Shown piece by piece: positions 30,733 to 43,100 of a stretch of DNA of 64,000 nt (position 1 is the stretch's first letter; every line of letters starts with the position of its first letter). Source of the stretch: Trypanosoma brucei (taxonomy: Eukaryota). Below the pieces are notes generated by a model. It saw only the letters and a list, made by a program, of their open reading frames with translations, was not told the DNA's origin and made no database searches. The DNA lies in the NCBI GenBank assembly GCA_000002445.1, contig CP000071.1:1472001-1536000 (forward strand), given 5' to 3'. Both the position numbers and the translations under genes were made by a program.

Positions 30733-33700
30733 ATGTCGCTCATTACAGACTTTCCATTCCATGCTTACTTGGGTGACCTGAAGACCCGCCGTGTGATGGG
30801 CGCCAAGGACGCCGTGTCCCTGTCTCTGCTTGCATCTGAGGATATGTCGGGGATCGCTTTCGTGGAGGTTCGCACGCGTGCCGGCCAGGAGGATCGTTCG
30901 GCACCTTGGCGTCCAGTTGTAAGAAATGGTGAGAATCACGCCACATTCTACGACACTCGAATGGGTAACTTCGACGCTAACCCGTTTCCACCACAGACAT
31001 GTCAAACGTGCGCAGCGAGCTTGACAGGAAAGTACGGCAATGAACGTTGTCACGGTCACTTTGGATTTGTTGGAATGCCGCGTATCCGCCCAGGCAGTGC
31101 GCATTCGGACTCCGATCGCCTTGTCGTTTTGAATCCGCACCTCGCGATGGATGCAGATCGTTTGTTCCGAGCGAAATGCTTCTTTTGTCACAAGTTTCGA
31201 GCACCAACATTTGATGTCGAACGATTCCGCCAGGCACTGGTTCTGGCCGACCATGGTTTACCAGGAGATGCGCTGCATCTTCTCGACACAGTGCCAACAG
31301 CGAAGGGTCACGATGCTATGCTGAACCACAGGCGCATGGCAAATGAGGAAATCGTCAACGATGTATCCATCCTTCAGTCGTATGTTGATCGTATCTTAAG
31401 GCAGCGCGCTAGTGGATGCAGTGAGGAGGATGCGAAAGCAAGAGTGACTATGGCACAGAAGGGAACTGTGGACGTTCGCAATGACATTTGCAACATGGCG
31501 ATTAGTCATCTAAGATCATTCAGTGGTCCTTGTAGCCACTGCACTGCTATTTCTCCGACCTTCTTGAAGCGCGGCGGTATTATTTTCTTTTTATTCAGGA
31601 AATCGAATCTTGTGACAAACATTGCCAAAGGATTCCTTACCCAGCAAGAGGTATCTGAGTGGGAGGCTGTCAACCGGCTGCATGGGAGGACTGGAACATA
31701 TTTTGATGGTCGTCAAATGCTTTTTCATATGAAAAACCTATTCGCAAAAGAGCAAGCTATCCTTGGTTTGCTGTACCCAAATCTTGGTGAACCGTCGGTT
31801 TTCACCAAAACCAACAAGGTTGTCCCAGCGAGTGAAAGGTACAAACTGTTCTTTTTGGACCGTATTCTCGTACCGCCATTACCCCTGAGGCTTTCGTCAG
31901 GCGTGAGAGTAAATGATAATGGTTTGATAATACCCGACGAGCAAACACGTGCTCTTTCCGATATATTGGGGTTTGTTGAGCAGATTGAGTGCTTCCACAC
32001 ATTGAGTGCTAATTCTACAAACGGGCGTAGTTTCATCACCGATGCGCAGAGGGCTGTGAATGAGTCGAACCTCCGCAACCTTCAACAAAAAGTGGATGAG
32101 TTTTATGCAGAAATCATAAATAGCTTTGCGAAGAAGGAGGGTCTCTTCCGCATGAATATGATGGGAAAGCGTGTCAATCAGGCCTGCCGTTCGGTTATTT
32201 CGCCTGATCCATTCGTTGAACCGAACGAAGTGCTTTTACCAAGACCACTAGCCCGTGCTTTGTCGTTTCCTGAGCAAGTTACTTGTTTCGCACCAGCTCG
32301 CATGAATCTGTTGAAACACTGCGTTGTGAACGGGCCACGTAAATACCCCGGCGCCACACACATTGAGCTTCGTCATGCCAACGGTGAGATCCGTTCTGTT
32401 GACCTTAATGTACCCGAGCAGACACGGCGGCAGCATGCTGCAAGGTTTTTTGCGATGGCCCAGAGTGGTGTGACGTTAATCGTTTATCGGCACATTCTTA
32501 ATGGTGATCGCGTTATATTCAATCGCCAACCCACACTCCATAAACCGAGTATGATGGGGTATCGCGTGAAGGTACTTTCAGGGTCCAAAACTATTCGCTT
32601 TCACTACGTGAATGGTAACTCCTTTAACGCAGACTTCGATGGTGATGAAATGAACGTTCACGTTCCGCAAAGCATTGAGACGCGGGCCGAGGTTGAAACG
32701 CTGATGGACGCAAACATCAACTACCTTGTGCCGACGTCTGGCAGACCGATCCGTGGTCTTATACAGGATCATGTGGCGGCAGGCGTTTTGGTAACGTTGC
32801 GCGACAAGTTCTTTGATCACTCCACCTTTGTGCAACTGGTGTACAATGGCGTCGGTCCATACATTCAGGAAAACGTTGGCATAACTCTTGCTGAACTTAT
32901 TCCCATTCCAGCAATTCTCATGCCTCGGCCAATGTGGACTGGAAAACAGCTGATATCTGTGATGGTTCGGTTTTCTAGTGGATTGTCTGCCGCAAGCGAC
33001 TGTGGACGGGAGATAGAGGGCGGAATCACACTCAAAGGCACTTCACAAATCCAACCCAGCGCATTTGACAGAATACCGGCGGGTAGCTGCGACGCAGTGC
33101 GTGTGAAATCCGGGGCAGTGGTTGATTCTACTGTCATGTTTGCGAACAGTGAGCTAATTACCGGATTCATGTGTAAGAAGCAGCTTGGAGCCTCTAATAT
33201 GTCTGCCCCCCACCATGTCTATGAGCTTTACGGGCCACATAGGACGGGACAGTTGTTCGCTGCTTTTGGCCGTGTTCTCCTGCTGGCTCTACGAAAGGAG
33301 GGTCTTTCTCTTGCGATGGACGATATGTTCCTCGTTGATGAAGAGCGCCGATGCGACTTGCTTAGGAAGCTTGATGATATAGCGTTGGATGTTCCAGATG
33401 AAGAGGCCACTGCTGCACCGATGATTGCAGATTATGCAACAAAGATTCAGCAGGAGTTTGTTCCGCAGCGCATGCTGGTGCCCTTCCCAAAGAATCATCT
33501 TCTTCTGATGACTATTTCAGGTGCGAAAGGGAGCAACCTGAACGCCACACAAATGTCACTGCAGTTGGGCCAGCAGCTGTTCGATGGACTGCGCGTTAAG
33601 CGTATGAACTCTTCCAAGACGCTTCCGTCCTTCTTCACTAATGAAAAGCGTGCCCGGTCCTTTGGGTTTGCTATGGGTTCCTTCGCCTCAGGGATCAGAC

Positions 33701-36078
33701 CAGCCGAGTATACCATTCATGCAATGGCTGGTCGCGACGGCCTTATTGATACCGCTGTGAAAACCTCCCGTTCTGGTCACTTGCAACGCTGCCTCATCAA
33801 AGGTCTCGAAAGCCTTGTGGTCCATTGGGACCGTACGGTGCGTGACTCCAACGGCAGCGTTATCCAATTTATGTATGGGGGTGACGGACTTGACCCGTGC
33901 AAGGCTTCTACGCTTACGGCGTGGGAGATGATGAAGGATAACGTAGTTGATGTTTCCAAGCGATTCGGAGGAGATGCCTCAGAAAGTGTTGCCGGTGCCG
34001 AGGATGGCGCGGCGGCAGGGTTGGAGGAGATGCGAAACGAAGATGGAAAGCCCACGACTGAGGCCGTGCAAAATGCGCATATGGAGCAGCAACTATCCAC
34101 GTATCCTCTTCCGGCCTCACTCGACAAGAGTTTGTCTGAGTATCTGTGCAAAAAAGCAGATTTCCCGCTCTTCCGCAAGGTGTCGACGCTAGCCCGTTGG
34201 GATGCGAAACAGCAGCTAAAAGAGAGGTTACAGCAAAGGCGCCAGAAGTGGGTTGGTGCCTTCGAAAAAACGCTTGCAGACATTACTGCCCGCAGGCGTC
34301 TGTGGGCATTGTGCGAACCCGGTGAGCCCGTTGGCCTCCTTGCAGCGCAAGCAGCTGGTGAGCCGTCAACACAGATGACCCTCAACACATTCCACACTGC
34401 TGGTTCAACTGTCTCCCACGTGACGGAGGGTATTCCTCGACTCCGCGAGTTACTGATCTACGCCTCCGTTAATAAGGCGGCTGTTGTTGTACCCGTTACT
34501 AATGCTACAGAGGAAGACGAGAAAGTAATCGCCAAAATGCTTCGTGCAGGTGTCGCCGCAAAACTGACCGACTGTCTCGCGAAGGTCACAGATGGCGCTG
34601 GTGGCCAAAGCGCTTCCAGCTCGATGCAGCGGAACTTAAACACTGGCTTTGGTAAGGGCTACCACTATCACGTTGCGCGAGGCCGCACTGGTATGGTGAT
34701 TACGGTGTCTTTCCTGTTTTCGCGCTCGTGTTTGGAGGAGTTGCGTAAGCGCATGTGTATGTCACCATCTGAACATCGACAATCTTTTACTGAAGCACTA
34801 AAGAATGTTGTGCGGCTCATCATGAGGTCACTGAGCGCCGTTCCACGCGAGAAGGAAAGCGGTGACGGTTCAGGGAACACTGGAGGGATGAAAGGGGGAA
34901 GTGGGCGCGCCGACAGGAAGAGAAAGCGATCAGGCCCGGACGATGGCGGTGGTCCTCTTGGGGGTACTTTCGGAGACGAAATTATGCGCATTGAAGAGGG
35001 AACCGATTCTGATGATGGCATGAGCGAGAGGAGCAGTATAGGTGGGGGTCGGGCTGGCTCGGAGGTCTCATCTCTACACTCGGATGGAACCGATACCAGG
35101 GGCATAGCAGGAAGCGATACGGGCGGGCCGCAGCGACGGAGGGGCTCTGTTGAAAGTGGCCGCGGTGACGATGCTTCTGACAGTGAGGCAGCTGACCCCG
35201 ACTTATATGCCAGACGAAGTGGCTCTCCGGCGAGGGATGCGGAGGATGGAGATGAGATGCAGGATCGGGACGGCACGGATTGGGGAGGAACGTCGATGCA
35301 AGGTGTGGTGGGATATGACAACTTCCCAGAGATTCACATGAGTTTCACCAAGTCAAATTTCGGTGCTGTTATTGCTCCCCTTAGTACTGCTGCAGCGGCC
35401 CGAGATGGGGTTGTGCAACTACACGAAGACTTTTTCATAGTTAATGCTGTGCTGCGCACGCCCTCGGACGTCATTGCCGTCATTCCGGACGTTGTGGATA
35501 ATGCTTTGGAGGCGCAGAGAATGCCCTCGTGGTTACCTCAATTCGGGTCCCTCACTTTCACTCGACTGAAAGATAAAGGATCTGGCCAGCTTGTTTTCCA
35601 AGGACCTGGCTCGACAATGCGGAATGTGATGTCTTTCCTTTCCCTTTTCACCGTTGGCATAAAATCGATAAAACTTCACCAAGCTTGCTCCACTGATATT
35701 CGGGATATGGGAACATACTTCGGCATTGAGTCTGGATACGCTGCGCTTTACGATGAGCTCAATAAACTATTCAACCGCTACAATGTCGACCCGCGGCACT
35801 TGTCGCTCATCGCCGATACGTCTACCCACCGAGGGCGATGGGAGAACTTCAATTTCACTGGTGTCATATCAACGAGCGCGAGCCCACTGTTTCAGATGAC
35901 ATTTGCCTCGTCGAAGCGCTGGTTGCACAGAGCGGTGAGTCGGGGAATGAGTGACGACCTCGAGTCCTTTAGTTCTGCCATCATGGTGGGGGAACGCCCT
36001 CGTGTGGGAACGGCGTCCGTGCGGCTCTCGACTGATACGGCGATTTTGCGGGATGTGCTCGAGAGGAACTTTGCATAA
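30733..36078 (+). CDS. RPA1: DNA-directed RNA polymerase I largest subunit (RPA1).
   Basis: 1781 aa. N-terminal zinc-binding motifs (CQTC...CHGHFGFV, CFFCHKF). Universal active-site motif YRVKVLSGSKTIRFHYVNGNSFNADFDGDEMNVHVPQS. Bridge-helix and trigger-loop regions are conserved. The protein ends right after the last conserved block, so there is no CTD and it is not RPB1. The long length with Gly/Asp/Ser-rich insertions fits Pol I rather than Pol III. Synteny with PFR2 and ARL6 fits my memory of T. brucei chromosome 8. Confidence 0.82.
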   Translation: MSLITDFPFHAYLGDLKTRRVMGAKDAVSLSLLASEDMSGIAFVEVRTRAGQEDRSAPWRPVVRNGENHATFYDTRMGNFDANPFPPQTCQTCAASLTGKYGNERCHGHFGFVGMPRIRPGSAHSDSDRLVVLNPHLAMDADRLFRAKCFFCHKFRAPTFDVERFRQALVLADHGLPGDALHLLDTVPTAKGHDAMLNHRRMANEEIVNDVSILQSYVDRILRQRASGCSEEDAKARVTMAQKGTVDVRNDICNMAISHLRSFSGPCSHCTAISPTFLKRGGIIFFLFRKSNLVTNIAKGFLTQQEVSEWEAVNRLHGRTGTYFDGRQMLFHMKNLFAKEQAILGLLYPNLGEPSVFTKTNKVVPASERYKLFFLDRILVPPLPLRLSSGVRVNDNGLIIPDEQTRALSDILGFVEQIECFHTLSANSTNGRSFITDAQRAVNESNLRNLQQKVDEFYAEIINSFAKKEGLFRMNMMGKRVNQACRSVISPDPFVEPNEVLLPRPLARALSFPEQVTCFAPARMNLLKHCVVNGPRKYPGATHIELRHANGEIRSVDLNVPEQTRRQHAARFFAMAQSGVTLIVYRHILNGDRVIFNRQPTLHKPSMMGYRVKVLSGSKTIRFHYVNGNSFNADFDGDEMNVHVPQSIETRAEVETLMDANINYLVPTSGRPIRGLIQDHVAAGVLVTLRDKFFDHSTFVQLVYNGVGPYIQENVGITLAELIPIPAILMPRPMWTGKQLISVMVRFSSGLSAASDCGREIEGGITLKGTSQIQPSAFDRIPAGSCDAVRVKSGAVVDSTVMFANSELITGFMCKKQLGASNMSAPHHVYELYGPHRTGQLFAAFGRVLLLALRKEGLSLAMDDMFLVDEERRCDLLRKLDDIALDVPDEEATAAPMIADYATKIQQEFVPQRMLVPFPKNHLLLMTISGAKGSNLNATQMSLQLGQQLFDGLRVKRMNSSKTLPSFFTNEKRARSFGFAMGSFASGIRPAEYTIHAMAGRDGLIDTAVKTSRSGHLQRCLIKGLESLVVHWDRTVRDSNGSVIQFMYGGDGLDPCKASTLTAWEMMKDNVVDVSKRFGGDASESVAGAEDGAAAGLEEMRNEDGKPTTEAVQNAHMEQQLSTYPLPASLDKSLSEYLCKKADFPLFRKVSTLARWDAKQQLKERLQQRRQKWVGAFEKTLADITARRRLWALCEPGEPVGLLAAQAAGEPSTQMTLNTFHTAGSTVSHVTEGIPRLRELLIYASVNKAAVVVPVTNATEEDEKVIAKMLRAGVAAKLTDCLAKVTDGAGGQSASSSMQRNLNTGFGKGYHYHVARGRTGMVITVSFLFSRSCLEELRKRMCMSPSEHRQSFTEALKNVVRLIMRSLSAVPREKESGDGSGNTGGMKGGSGRADRKRKRSGPDDGGGPLGGTFGDEIMRIEEGTDSDDGMSERSSIGGGRAGSEVSSLHSDGTDTRGIAGSDTGGPQRRRGSVESGRGDDASDSEAADPDLYARRSGSPARDAEDGDEMQDRDGTDWGGTSMQGVVGYDNFPEIHMSFTKSNFGAVIAPLSTAAAARDGVVQLHEDFFIVNAVLRTPSDVIAVIPDVVDNALEAQRMPSWLPQFGSLTFTRLKDKGSGQLVFQGPGSTMRNVMSFLSLFTVGIKSIKLHQACSTDIRDMGTYFGIESGYAALYDELNKLFNRYNVDPRHLSLIADTSTHRGRWENFNFTGVISTSASPLFQMTFASSKRWLHRAVSRGMSDDLESFSSAIMVGERPRVGTASVRLSTDTAILRDVLERNFA

Positions 36079-37140
36079 TCGCCTGAACCGCTATTTTAAG
36101 TATATATATATATGTATATTACCTTTTTTGTTTTTTCTTTGCGCTTTTACCTCCTCTTTTGTCTCAACTTTTTTTAATTTTATGAGAGGCACTTGTGTGA
36201 AATTGGACACCATAAAGGGCTGAGGAGGGAAGCAGAGAGCAAATGAAAATATGGGAGGGTGAAAAATACATACATATATATTTGTGTTTGTTCGTATTTG
36301 GAGGGATACAAATACGATATATGAAGATATCAACAGTTTTTCACCTGTGGGGGAAGCGTGATTATTATCAGTGAGTGGATGGACTGAAGAACGAATAAAT
36401 GTGTAACAATTTCGTCCTTCATTTTTTCTTCGGTGGCAGACGGGTTTAAATCTAATCGGATAAATAGCACTAAAGTAACGAATGTTAAAATAACCACCGC
36501 AAAGGCATACCTTTTCCTTTTTTGCCCTTTGTGGTGGGAAGTCAGTGGCAAAAGGAAGCGAGAGTAGCGACAGGGAAAGTCTCAGTGCCATGTGACCGTT
36601 TCAGAAAAGAAAATGAAAAAAAGAAGGAAGGGGGAGGGCTGAATGAAGAGAAGATATGCGGGTAAAGGAGGTGCATAACACGAGTGTCAATGCATCGTTT
36701 CAGTGGGTGGTGCACGTGCGCATGTGTTTGTGAGGGTGCGAATCTTTGCCACGTGCTACTTAATTAATGGTAATGGTGCGTGTAGGGGTCCATATACCTT
36801 CTCGTACACGCGGAACCCTCATTTCGGTGGGTGCGTTTGGCAGCGTAACTTTTGTAAACGCCCATCTCCGATGACATGTCTTTCTCTCTTTGAATTGTCC
36901 TTGTTTCCTCAGTTTTCTTATGCTCGTTTCCTCTTTGTTTTTTTCTTTTATGTATTTTCTTACCTATTCTTATCACAACTTTGCTGAGACGCGCGGCGCC
37001 TCTTTTTCTCTAGAGTGACAGCCCAGGTTTGTGCGCTCAATTAACTTCGTTGATTGTGGCGCTAGCTGACAACAGCGTGCGGTGGTGGTGGGAAAAGGGG
37101 TAAGGGAGGCACCGAAGCAAAGGTGTTTGTTTTGTTTATT

Positions 37141-40100
37141 ATGTTGGTGACACCAATCCTGCGACTTCCCACTAGGCGCAGCGTTGCCATTACCCACGGA
37201 ATAGGCAACTCCTTAGCCGCAATTGGGCTTAGGAAACTCAGCTCGGCTGCCAGTAACCGGAAGAGGGGTTCTAACAGCGATAGTGACGGCGCCACTGCGC
37301 GGCGGGACGGCGGTCTCTTGCTTCTCCAGCTAAAGTGGCGGGCTAAGGAGTTGCTACTCGCTGAGTATGATAAAAAGGAAAGTCAGAAGAAGCCTCAGAT
37401 TCTTCAGGTGCATGCAGATGGTACTTTTGATGTCGAATGGCGCAACCAACTTCCGCACAAGGCGTCATCTGCAGCCCGCCCAACGGAAGAGGAGAGAGTG
37501 ACACTTCTGTGTCAACTGCTTGCTGTTACGGTAAAGGAGCGCTGTGGTCGGGGTGCACAAGACTGCTTCTTCGCCTCATTCCCCACGGATGCCTCTGTCT
37601 TGTTACCAGCGAGGGCTGCAGAGGCGGTGGTAGCTCCTTTTGGTCGGCAAGCTAGGTTATGGGAAGAGCAGCATGAGTGGCAAGCCATTGTTTCATGTGC
37701 CGCAAAGGTGTTTGGATCATGGGGCATCAAACACACCAAGGATAGTAGAGATGCCCGCAGGAGGGGTAGTTACTCTAATCTCCAGCTCCGTACTGTGGTA
37801 CGCAACTTTGTGGACAAGGTTGAGTCGCTCTGTTCGCTGAGGTTGGGTGCATCGAGGGAAATGGCGGCGAAAGGGCGTCAGAAACGAACGAAGCGTCCAA
37901 AGATGTCGGAGGGTGGCGATGTAGCAGAAGATGGATTAACTCCTGACACGATGCTGAACACGTTATATCGACTAGCAGTGCTATTGCGTTTGCTAAGCTG
38001 CCTTTTTGAGAGATGTGAGGGTCAGGTGGGGTCGGTAGCGGACTGCGAGCACTTAAAGGAGGTTGTACACTGTATTTTAAGTGAAATAGAGAGCCGTCGT
38101 TTTATCGTAGTGGGTTTGGACGGCTCCTCGGAAGCGATGGAAGGATTGGCCGCGCTTGTCCTCGCAGCATTCGGCCGTAACTGTGGTGGTATTCGTGCTG
38201 GAGGTAGTCGTGTTGGTAGTGAAGTACACTGGCGCGCATATAAGGGTGAGTTCTCAGAAGCCCTGCTGTTACTCTGCTCAGCATATCTGAGGATTGTTCC
38301 CGCCCGTGCTGTAGGATTTGAACTGGAGTCTTCAGGAACGGGGAGTGAACCAACCAGTATTTCAAACTCTGAGACCATTTCTGTTGTTCGGGCGCTCCAC
38401 CAATGTTGGGATCGCTGGAAGGCTACAATCCACGTGCACGGTTCAGCTGCCGCGTTCTGGTGGTTGAGACTGGTTCCGCTCATCCTCGAGGCGCTGTTAG
38501 ACGCAACTGAAAAGATGAGTAACAGTAGAGGCCACAAAGGTGACGCTGACAGTAGAGAATCCCAGGTTAAGTTGTTGCAGTCGGAGTTGTTGGCGACGTT
38601 GTGTGGGATGCTTTACTTTGATGAAGAAAGATACAATGAGCGGATGACAATACTCTCAGCACGGCAGGCAGCAGAAGAAGCTAAGGTAGGACAAGTTGGT
38701 AACGGCGGCGACGGAGACAACCCCACCAACGCCACTCCCTCGGAGACCGAAGCTGACGATGCCCACGGCCTCACGCGGCCGCGTGCTGGCCGCTCTATGC
38801 TGAGGAAGGGCCAGGAGGGGGGTGTTTTGCTTCCAAGCTCTAGTGAGGCACTGCGGAAGTCGTCGCGATTTTTGTCTAGAAGGACCGTAGGCGACAGTGG
38901 CGGTGGTGTTGGCGCTAATACAAATGCCGGCACCGCGTTGATGGATGTGGGGGTCAACAGTCCTTTGTTTGACCTGCTAGCCACATCAGACGACGCTGTT
39001 TCAGAGCTGTCTTCTTTGTTCGCTATCGAAAAAATGGGCCGCAGTTGTACACTGGAGAATCTGTGGTTGATTTTATTGGCTGCGCATCGTCACTTGCGAC
39101 CTTACAGAACTTCCTCAGCAGTGTGTACCCACGAGGGTGATGGTGAACTTGGGAAGGAGGCAAATAATTTCTTTTCTGGTGACGAAGTTGTTGTGGAAGC
39201 GAATGCGTCCAATGGGAAATCCCCCATGACTCTTGCTGTCCCAGCCTTTGTGTTGGCTAGTATACAGCATCTTGCAACCACCCTCGCATGTGCTGTCGTG
39301 AATTTATACGATTTATCCGACCCCTCGTTCCTTCGAGATGATAATATTCGACGCGCAGTTAGCATCGCTATCGTAGCCGGGACACAAGAATTACTTTTAA
39401 GGAGCCGTTTTTATTCCGATGCGCTCCTAAGTAATTGGTGGCTTCGAAGTGGGGTGTCATCTGCGTTTGGGGAAGGACAAAAATCATTTGCTTCACTGGA
39501 AAACCATATGATGGCTCTAGTTGCACAGCGCACTCGTTACCGTGGACGGCTGGGGTGGGTAAAAGAGTCCACTAGGGTTGCGCTGCATTGTCTCTCTTCC
39601 ATGCCACTCTCTCCGCTGGCGAAGCAGTGGGCCGCTTCTCTCGTTGTGTGCAACTTGCGTGATGTCACCTTTTTATTACGCAACCAACGCGTTGGCATCT
39701 CATCATCCACCGCATTTGCTCTTGCCAAGGGCACGCTGACTGACAGTGCCGCTGCCGCGGACGTTGATGGTTCGGAGCGCCTCTCGTTGGATGGATGGGC
39801 ACGCGAAACATTCACTACTCTTCTTGCCACACTGACAGCTGATGTGGAGCTGGTGCTGTTGTGCGGGTATGCGGGCTTTATAGACACGTTGTTCGAGATG
39901 CATATGCGAATTGGCACAAATCAGGAGGAGATGATGCGTTTTGGAGATGATGTGCTTCTGAACGTGAATCTTGCGGCTGTCCTCGCGAGCCTGTCGAAGA
40001 GTGCCACCGATTCTGATGCCGAAACGCACGCAGCCACCTGTGAATCTGCGCTTTTTGTACTTGCTGAGTTTTCGCGTTTTGCTTCGTGGCCCAACTTAGA

Positions 40101-43100
40101 TAATTCATCGGTGCTCCGAACGGACGGAAACAGCCTGCTTATTCGCGTCGCAGTGTACTGTCTGCGGCATGCGCGCCGTGCTGGGGGCAAGCGACCCAGC
40201 GGTTACGGGCTGCCTGCACCACACCTTCCAGAAGCAGGTGAAATGGTTGAGAAGGTGCTTTCAACGTGTGGGCCAACGTTGTCTTTTCTTCTAGCGCGAG
40301 GTAACCGTTGCTCATACCTTCAAGTTCTTGACTTGAGCAACCGGTTGCTACCCTTTTCCCGTGTGCAACCGCTATACGGTGGGCGAGAGAGCAGCTGCGT
40401 TGCTGCACTTCAACACTATCTGCGGGGTTCGCACCATGCGTTGCTGTCGATGCCATCATCATCAACTCCTACTGGGCCTACAGTGGCTGCTAACATTAGT
40501 GGGAGTGGGGCTGCCAGCCAAAAGCAGTTGTTAGAGGAATCGTTGAAGCGGCTTAACTTTATGGCAAATACCACCATCAGCACTCATGTCCTTGGATATT
40601 TGGTTCGCTTCGTTGAGCACTACCTGCGCGAGCAAGAACGTTGTTCTCGTAGCACAATGGAAGATCTGCCCACTACTACCACTGGTTGCCACTCACCTTC
40701 TTTACACGGGGATGAGAATGTTGCGGCTGACAGAAGCAAGGAACAGAGGGAAAGTGCCATGGTAACACTAGCACGTGTGGAGGCAGCTCCGCTTGTGTTG
40801 CTGGACTACATGGGTTACCTCAGCTGTGCGGGTAGTTGGGCCATGGTCAACTGGACTTTCAACCTCGCCGAGACATCGCTAAAAATCCAAAGAAAACACC
40901 AAATAGCCACGACGACCTCGGTAGTGGACGTGGCCGTCGGGGCGATTCTCTCCCAACTGCGTGCTGTTGTTATGCCAGCGACCCCACAGATTCCTAGCAA
41001 TATGCCGAAAAGTTTGATTTGCCTGTGCGACATGATATCCGAGTCACCTGTGACACTGCTAGGTTTCGATCGTGGGTCGCCACTGCAAGGAATTCTGAAA
41101 CAAACATCTCGTGGGGATTACCGTGCAATGCTGTTTGCAATGAAGCAAGCTGTGTTATTGGTCCAGCGGGCCTCGGCAAAATACCGCACCTCCGCACCGC
41201 ATTCACCCAACGATGCGTCGGGAGGGGAGAAGAACGATGAAGCAAGCGTTGGAGGCGATGACCGTAGTGGGGCGGAGGTGAAGGCGTACTTTTCTATGCC
41301 CGTTGGTGAATGTTCACCCGACGACCAGAGGCAACTTCGTCTTTTTCTTGAATGCTTGCTTATGTGCTTTGATGATGTACTCGACGCCATACGTTGGTGT
41401 GCTTTGCAACAAGACGTTCTCGACGACGAGTTGCGTGACGTGCTTCTTCTAGAGCTGCAAACATTGATTCGCATCCTTCGGGGATGCTTAAGGACTGTTT
41501 TGCTTCTTTCTCCCGAGCAAAAGCGGCGCTTTCATGGTGAGTCTGCACAACTATTGTGGGTTAGCTTGTGTGTTGCTTCCGCTATTGGCAAGGTTGCGTC
41601 AGTAGATTACGGACGAATATGCTTTTCTGGGACTGTTATGCACTCTGTTGCAGCCCTTTTGGATGGTGTTGAGCGGTTGGTGAAGGAACATACTGTTTCC
41701 GGTGCGCACAAGAACAAACAGGCAAACAAGAAGGAACCTGCTGATGTGGACAGAAGAAGTGGTGGGGCACCTCTGATGGGGGCAATAGAGTTAAGTCTTA
41801 ACTTGTTTTTTTCAGATGCACTGATGTCACATCGACTTGCCCTGCGGCTGGGGCTTGGGTTGCGTGAGCGATCCGACTTTACAGCACTTGCCACAGCACT
41901 AAGGACTCTTGCATCCGCAGCCGCACGATATGAACCGGCGGGACGGATAGTACAGTTTGTCTGGCGGACGCTTTGTGAAGAGCTTGTGAATACTGTGAAA
42001 CCAGTTAAGCGGAAAGGAAGGGGCTCAAAGGCCACTAAGGAACCCTCGGCTGGTGTAAAGGTTCCATCAAAGGACGAACTCAAACTATTGTTAGATTCCT
42101 TTAACGACCTTCAGAATGAAGTTGCTGAGAGCGTTGCATCGCGACAATCGAAGGGGCGGGCCGCTGAATACGTGGTGGAGTGGGCGTGTCCTGATGCACA
42201 GGCTGTTCTCGATAGTGTGGTGGAAGATCCCAGTGTACTGCGTGGTGACCGTTGGCGGAAGAGGGAAACCAACAGCAGTGACCCAACCTCTCTTAGTGAC
42301 AGTTGTGAAAAGGAGGAAGAAGAGCAGTCTCTAGCGGATTGGAGTGCGACCATACCTACCACTGCCGTCCCAGGTGCTGTGGCCGCGTTCATGGAAATGG
42401 ACGCGGCCCTTTTACTGGAGGACGGTGGTAACGTAACTAATGAAGAGGCACTGGAGGCGTTCTTACGCCAGTGTAGTCGTTTGCATCTCTCATCGACGGT
42501 GGTGGCATCAAATGATTCAAACGTTGCGATTCCACAGACGAACAAAGTCATCCTAATACACTTTGGTTGCGTGATGGCTATTGTGGAGCGCTGCACATTG
42601 GCGGAGATCGCGTCCTTTCCGCGGGGAGAGTTAGTTTTTGGTAGCCTTCATCTCTTTTACCGCCCACAAACACCTGTACCACTGGAAAAACTTCATATGC
42701 TGTGGTTGAAACTTGGCGAACGGTGGAATGAGGAGTTCATTATTCCTGACTGTAAGATATTTGAAAGGCAGCAGCAAGAGTTTTTACAGCTCGTGCGACA
42801 GCGTCGCGCTTTGTTTCAGCCTTCTGAACGAGGGATGGAGGATACCGCGGGCTCGCACCCAAATGACCACGAGAAGGAGGGACTTCTCTTGCGAGATAGT
42901 GTGATAGCGCGGCTCGCACGGCAAAATGTTCCGCCTCTTCCGTACGATGTTGAAATGTTGCCTCATGATGGATTTAGCGCCCTCGACGGGGGCTTCACGG
43001 CGCTGTCTGGATCGAGTCAGCAATTTAAGGATCGGTTACCCTTTCGCATCCCGCTAGACGCACTCCTCACACTTCTACATGACTTTTCCCGTGCACCCCG

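Noticed and set aside
30733-36078. Alternative identity for the polymerase subunit: RPB1 (Pol II) or RPC1 (Pol III).
   Set aside because: There is no C-terminal domain of any kind after the last conserved block, which excludes RPB1. The length (1781 aa) and the large acidic, Gly-rich insertions are atypical of the compact Pol III subunit. The synteny matches my memory of the T. brucei RPA1 locus. A BLAST would settle this.
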